The notes under the pieces were generated by a model. It was not told where the DNA came from. It worked only from the letters and a program-made list of their open reading frames with translations, and made no database searches. Shown in pieces: positions 57,105 through 64,000 of a stretch of DNA of 64,000 nucleotides (the first letter of the stretch is position 1; each line of letters begins with the position of its first letter). Both the position numbers and the translations under genes were made by a program. This stretch comes from the human T2T-CHM13v2.0 reference genome, Homo sapiens: assembly GCF_009914755.1 (NCBI RefSeq), contig NC_060927.1. One strand, given 5' to 3'.

Positions 57105-57251
57105 CAAGAAGTCTATGTGCCCCAGGATCCTGGATTACCTGAGGAAGAAGAGATCAAGGAAAAAAAACCCACCAGTCAAGGAAAGTCAAGTAGCAAGAAG
57201 GAAATGTCTAAAAGAGATGGCAAGGAGAAAAAAGACAGAGGAGTGACGAGG
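57105..57251 (+). CDS. RBM6: RBM6 exon (~15), 147 nt, phase 0/0: QEVYVPQDPGLPEEEEIKEKK...KKDRGVTR
   Basis: Acceptor caactgtatcgcAG, donor AGG|GTAAGA; ORF 57084..57290. Confidence 0.94.
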
Positions 57252-57436
57252 GTAAGAGGAATTGTTAATTTGCTGTCTTTTGCCACATAGTTATTAAAAT
57301 GTTGGAGGTACGAACAGAGGATATCTATGTTTGCAAGTGTAAAGTAACTTTAAAAATACTCTGTCAGCCGGGCGTGGTGGCTAACGCCTGTAATCCCAGC
57401 ACTTTGGGAGGCCAAGGCGGGCGGATCATGAGGTCA

Positions 57437-57702
<266 letters not shown>

Positions 57703-58021
57703 TCACCTCTTATATCCCAACTCTCTCTTTTACAAATGGGAAAACTATGGATGGTAGAACAAAGTGGCCCAGCTCAAATCCCAACACCTCAGCTCCATAC
57801 ATTTTCACTTTTCTACATTCCTTTTTTAGTGTTTGACTTTATACACATTTCTCTAGTTGTAATTATAGCAGGAGATACTGTTTAGTCACTTTTTATCCTA
57901 AGTATTTTTTCCATGTTTCTATATACTCTATTATTTTTAATGCCCACATGGTAAAAATTCACGGTATAACTGTACCTTCATTTTCTTCATCTCTCCTACA
58001 TTATTTGTCTTCTCTTTCTAA

Positions 58022-58192
<171 letters not shown>

Positions 58193-59576
58193 TGACCAGC
58201 TAATTTTTGCTTTTTTGTAGAGACAGGATCTTGCTAGATTGACCAGGCTGATCTCGAACTTCTGGCCTCAAGTAAGCTTCCTGTCTCAGTCTCCCAAAGT
58301 GCTTCAGTTACAGGCAAGACCCACCTTGCTCGCCTCTTTCTAATCTTATACTGTCATAATATATAACATTTAGCATTTTGTTTCTTCTTTTAAATTACTC
58401 CCTATGACACATTTTCAGAATCAGAGATGATGAACATTTTTACATCTAATACAAAATCAAATTATTAGGCAGGGTGCAGTGGCTCACACCTGTAATCCCA
58501 GCACGTTGGGAGGCCAAGACAGGTGGATGCCTGAGTTTAGGAGTTTGACACCAGCAACATGGTGAAACTCCATCTCTACCAAAAATACAAAAAAAATTAG
58601 CCTACTGTGGTGATGCATGCCTGTAGTCCAAGCTACTTGGGAGACTGAGTTAAGAGGATCGCTTGAGCCCAGGAGATTGCAGTGAGCTGTGATTGCGCCA
58701 CTGCACTCCAGCATGGACAACAGAGCCAGACTTGTCTCAAAAAAAAAAAAAAAAGAAAATCTGCCGGGCATGGTGGCTCATGCCTGTAATCCCAGCACTT
58801 TGAGAGGCCAAGGCAGGCGGATTACTTTAGGTCAGGAGTTTGAGACCGCCTAGCCAATATGGTGAAACCCCCATCTCTACTAAAAAGACAAAAATTAGCT
58901 GGACGTGGTGGCGCAAGCCTGTAGTCCCAGCTACTCAGGAGGCTGAGGCAGGAGAATCTCTTGAACCTGAGAGGCAGAGGTTGCAGTGAGCCAAGATCAC
59001 ACCTACCTTGATATCAGTTATGCATTAGTGAAAATGGATGAATTTGCTTGTGATTCAATTCATAACACCTTTTTTTCCCTTTTTTTTCTTTTGAGACGGA
59101 GCCGCTCTGTCGCCCAGGCTGGAGTGCAGTGGCGTGATCTATCTCGGCTCACTGCAACCTCCGCCTTCCAGGCTCAAGGGATTCTCCTGCCTCAGCCTCC
59201 TGAGTAGCTGGGATATCAGGCGCTGCCACAACGCCCAGCTAATTTTTGTATTTTTAGTAGAGACGCGGTTTCACCATGTTGGTCAAGCTGGTCTCGAACT
59301 CCTGACCTTGTGATCCGCCCACCTCAGCCTACCAAAGTGCTGGGATTACAGGCATGAGCCACTGCGCCCAGCCTTTTTTTCCCCTTCTAACACTGTTAGT
59401 TGTTTAGAGATACAGAAAAGAGGAGAGAGAGTGTGTGTGTGTGTTTAAAAACTTAGAGTCATACTGATTTAATATTTGGACTCTGCTTCAGCCACTTAAT
59501 CTGTCAAACTATATTCCCAATCATTTGTAAAATTAAGATAGTAAAGCTTACATAGGAGGATCATAGTAAAGTCTGA

Positions 59577-60115
<539 letters not shown>

Positions 60116-60173
60116 AGCCTTTATCAGTTATTATGAGTGAATATCATGTGAGAGTTACCTCTGGTTTGATCAG

Positions 60174-60269
60174 TTTCAGGAAAATGCCAGTGAAGGGAAG
60201 GCCCCTGCAGAAGACGTCTTTAAGAAGCCCCTGCCTCCTACTGTGAAGAAGGAAGAGAGTCCCCCTCCA
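60174..60269 (+). CDS. RBM6: RBM6 exon (~16), 96 nt, phase 0/0: FQENASEGKAPAEDVFKKPLPPTVKKEESPPP
   Basis: Acceptor tttgatcAG (second in-frame AG 6 nt downstream), donor CCA|GTAAGA. Confidence 0.9.
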
Positions 60270-61384
60270 GTAAGACCAACATTGATCCCCTGGACCTAGG
60301 GCTGGGGCTGGGGATGGTTCCGAGTAGAAGAGGAAGCGCAAAGGCTGATGCCTTCCTCTGGTGTTGGTCTTTTACCTCACTATGTCTCCCGAATAAGGAT
60401 TCCCATTTCTTTTGAGTACAAGCATGAGATAAAGTTTTCTGTCTGCTAATGGGGGTATTACTGGAGAACCAGAGGCAGTTATCTGGACTCTTTCTCTCTG
60501 CCCTGTGCCATTCTTACCAGACGAGATGCCTAGCCCTTTTTATCATCTTGTTCTTGTCAGTTCTCTAAATCACCAAGGAAACCCGTTTTCTCAGCCTCAA
60601 TCTTTCCTGCCTTTTGGCATCACACAAGAATCTCTTAGATATGGAGTGCATGCGTGGTCATTTTTTTATAGTTTCTGCCTGTTCAGAGTGAATGATGCTA
60701 ATATTGGTGCCCATTTTTTAGATGCCTTCAAGCAGTAGTCTCAACCTAATCACCAGTGATTCTGATTGAATGCAGGTATATAACAATAGTGACCATGCAT
60801 TATTTATTTATTTTGAGTGATCATAGACCAATGATTATGCATCATTATTTAACAGTTCTTATAAGGTACCCTTTTCCTGCTCCGCATTATTAATTCAGCT
60901 CATTGTGGCATCTGTCTTAACCATGCTTTGCCTTTACCTTACATGTGAGCTGGATCTGTCTACCCAAGTGCCTATTAATGCAGTTGCTTTTAGTTTACTT
61001 CCTAAATCCTCTTTGCTAGAGTCTTAATGAAAGTCATCTTTTCTTCCCTCCATGAGTTACAGTAATTTGGAGGTATTTATCTCTTCCTCTTTGTAATTTG
61101 TAACCTTTTACTATTTTCTATGTTTATTTTCCTTTCTCTTCCTTCTCCTCACATTCTGTTGCTAGAGTCACTTCTAAAGGAATCTTTCTTGTTTATTCTT
61201 AATGAACAAGGAGCAAAGCCAAGCTCTGGCCATGTTGCTTTCATCTGGGAAATGAGCAGCATGGCTAGTGAGTTTATTTTGAACCCAATTCAATGAAATG
61301 AGATGCCCATATCAGAATATCAAAAAAAATGGACCCCAAAATATAGGTTGAATTTGGTATTGATCCCTGGCCTTCTCCTTCCAG

Positions 61385-61645
61385 CCTAAAGTGGTAAACC
61401 CACTGATCGGCCTCTTGGGTGAATATGGAGGAGACAGTGACTATGAGGAGGAAGAAGAGGAGGAACAGACCCCTCCCCCACAGCCCCGCACAGCACAGCC
61501 CCAGAAGCGAGAGGAGCAAACCAAGAAGGAGAATGAAGAAGACAAACTCACTGACTGGAATAAACTGGCTTGTCTGCTTTGCAGAAGGCAGTTTCCCAAT
61601 AAAGAAGTTCTGATCAAACACCAGCAGCTGTCAGACCTGCACAAG
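61385..61645 (+). CDS. RBM6: RBM6 exon (~17), 261 nt, phase 0/0: [19 protein letters not shown]...C2H2 finger [24 protein letters not shown]
   Basis: Acceptor ccttctccttccAG, donor AAG|GTATTA; C-x2-C-x12-H-x6-H. Confidence 0.96.
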
Positions 61646-61651
61646 GTATTA

Positions 61652-62038
<387 letters not shown>

Positions 62039-62112
62039 TTATTTAGGCCGGGCCTAGTGGTTTACACCTGTAATCCCAGCACTTTGGGAGGCCAAGGCAC
62101 CTAGGTAGATCA

Positions 62113-62404
<292 letters not shown>

Positions 62405-63832
62405 CTATCATTAAAACAGTCCAATTCAAGAATGAATTGCTCTGGATTAAGGTTATGCCTACCCTCAAAGAACTTCCATGTATAGGCCGAAGCCAAGCAT
62501 TATGACTGTGGCTAGGGTGCCAAATATGGAGGATGGGTAGGAAGAGAAAGGGTTGTGGAATAGGACATTACTTGCTGGGTTTCTCATCTTAGCTGTGTCA
62601 TTAACGTTACAGTTGGACCTCAGATAAGCCCCTTTTCTTCTTTGGTCCTTGTAACTTCATCTGATTCTATCCAGCTCTGACAGTGTGCAGTTTTCACCAT
62701 AGGTGAGTCAAATTCTGCCATTTCTTCATGTAGTGAATATTGTTATGAGCCACAGCACAACATCTATACTTGGGATGTTAAACCGACATACATTGGTCTT
62801 CCCCTGTAGTATTCCCATTTATATGAACTGACCAAGGATCCAAATTATGGACAAATAAAGTCCCTAAATGGACTCACATTCTCAGAGCAATTTGTTTCAC
62901 ACCCCTTCTCTAGTAGATGTTGCAAGAGCAGGTGATGGAACTAGATTCAGACTTTCTCTGAATACAGAGCTCAAAGTTTTATTTAGCTAAAAGCTGAGAA
63001 GTTCTGCTTTTGGTAATAGGTACACTACTTTTCCCAGCCATCTCTGTGGAGGCTTTGCAAAGATAGGACTCTGAAAAGCTCCTGATAATCCCTGGAACAG
63101 ACTACCTCCCATGTCCTTTGACCTGAAGTTGTGAGTTGTCAGACTGACACATTGAAATTTCACCCATCTGATGTAAATACTAATAAATGGCTAAAGAGAT
63201 AAAAAGTAATCGTCAGGAAAGAGGAGCCACAGGTCTGGTGAATTCACAAACTGAACTGGTCATAGGACAGTGGAAAGTAGACTGTAGTACTTTTCCTTTC
63301 CTTAAGGTCGTCTGCTACAAAGAACCACCACTTCATGTAAGAGCTGCTTTGGACTCCTTAAGTTTCATACATATGTCTGAGGGCTTGTGTAGTAGAGCCA
63401 TGCGTGAGGAATTTGCAACTCTCAGAGCAGTCTCTTGGAACCCTGGGGCTCCTTTCCATGTTTCTCTGGGGGCTGAAAGAGTGACTCATGTCTGGGAATG
63501 GTATGTATGGCAGAGTATGTGGGCATTTGGTTTTCTTCACTGGTGTGCCCACATCCTCTGTCCCATGATTTTCAACTTAGATAAAGAGATAGATATTTGT
63601 TTCCCACATCTTGGAGATAAGTAAAATGATATTCCTCTTATGCCATACCACATAACTAATCTGCATGACAAGACCAGTTAGGGATTGTTGGTTGCAGGAT
63701 ACAGTGATCATTTAGTAGATCTGATCAATCAAAAGAGCTACAATCCAAAAGCAACTATTGGGAAAGGCCTAGAAGCATCTCTAGGACCATTGTTTCTTAG
63801 ACCTATACTCATAGAATTGCCTCTCTTCTCAG

Positions 63833-63907
63833 CAAAACCTGGAAATCCACCGGAAGATAAAACAGTCTGAGCAGGAGCTAGCCTATCTGGAAAGGAGAGA
63901 ACGAGAG
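63833..63907 (+). CDS. RBM6: RBM6 exon (~18), 75 nt, phase 0/0: QNLEIHRKIKQSEQELAYLERRERE
   Basis: Acceptor cctctcttctcAG, donor GAG|GTAAAC. Confidence 0.94.
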
Positions 63908-64000
63908 GTAAACTTTGGTGACCTATTACTCCCTTGACCTCAGCTCTTTTTGCTTTCTGATATAGACTTCATAGGCTGTGCTGATCCCTCCTTATAAGAA

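Noticed and set aside
63187-63624. 145-aa ATG-initiated intronic ORF in non-repeat sequence
   Set aside because: No recognisable domain, T at -3 of the ATG, no splice link to the RBM6 frame; one such ORF in 64 kb is plausible by chance. Ribo-seq or PhyloCSF would be needed to revive it.

Overview
Primate (very probably human) genomic DNA from inside RBM6 (RNA-binding motif protein 6; RBM5/RBM6/RBM10 family; 3p21.3 from memory), transcribed on the + strand. Bases 1-43383 are the 3' part of one very long intron. Twelve coding exons follow (43384-63907). All have GT-AG boundaries and compatible phases and splice into one open frame: end of RRM1, RanBP2-type zinc finger, RRM2, OCRE repeats, acidic/Pro-rich linker, C2H2 zinc finger. 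Exon numbers 7-18 are from my recollection of the reference transcript. The introns hold roughly 90 Alu copies or fragments (counted by eye) plus L1, MIR, L2, MaLR/ERV1 LTR, MER20, Tigger3 and microsatellites. Almost all supplied ORFs are Alu/L1 or chance ORFs. I see no convincing new gene system. The best leads are: a candidate 28-nt poison micro-exon or recursive splice site in the intron after the C2H2 exon; a CCAAT/GC-rich repeat-free block just upstream of the exon carrying an internal in-frame ATG; and several DNA-repair or retrotransposition scars (two templated insertions, a ~75-bp duplication around an Alu, a four-level nested element, a tail-only insertion, and a probable RTE-clade reverse transcriptase relic). 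Repeat boundaries are approximate.
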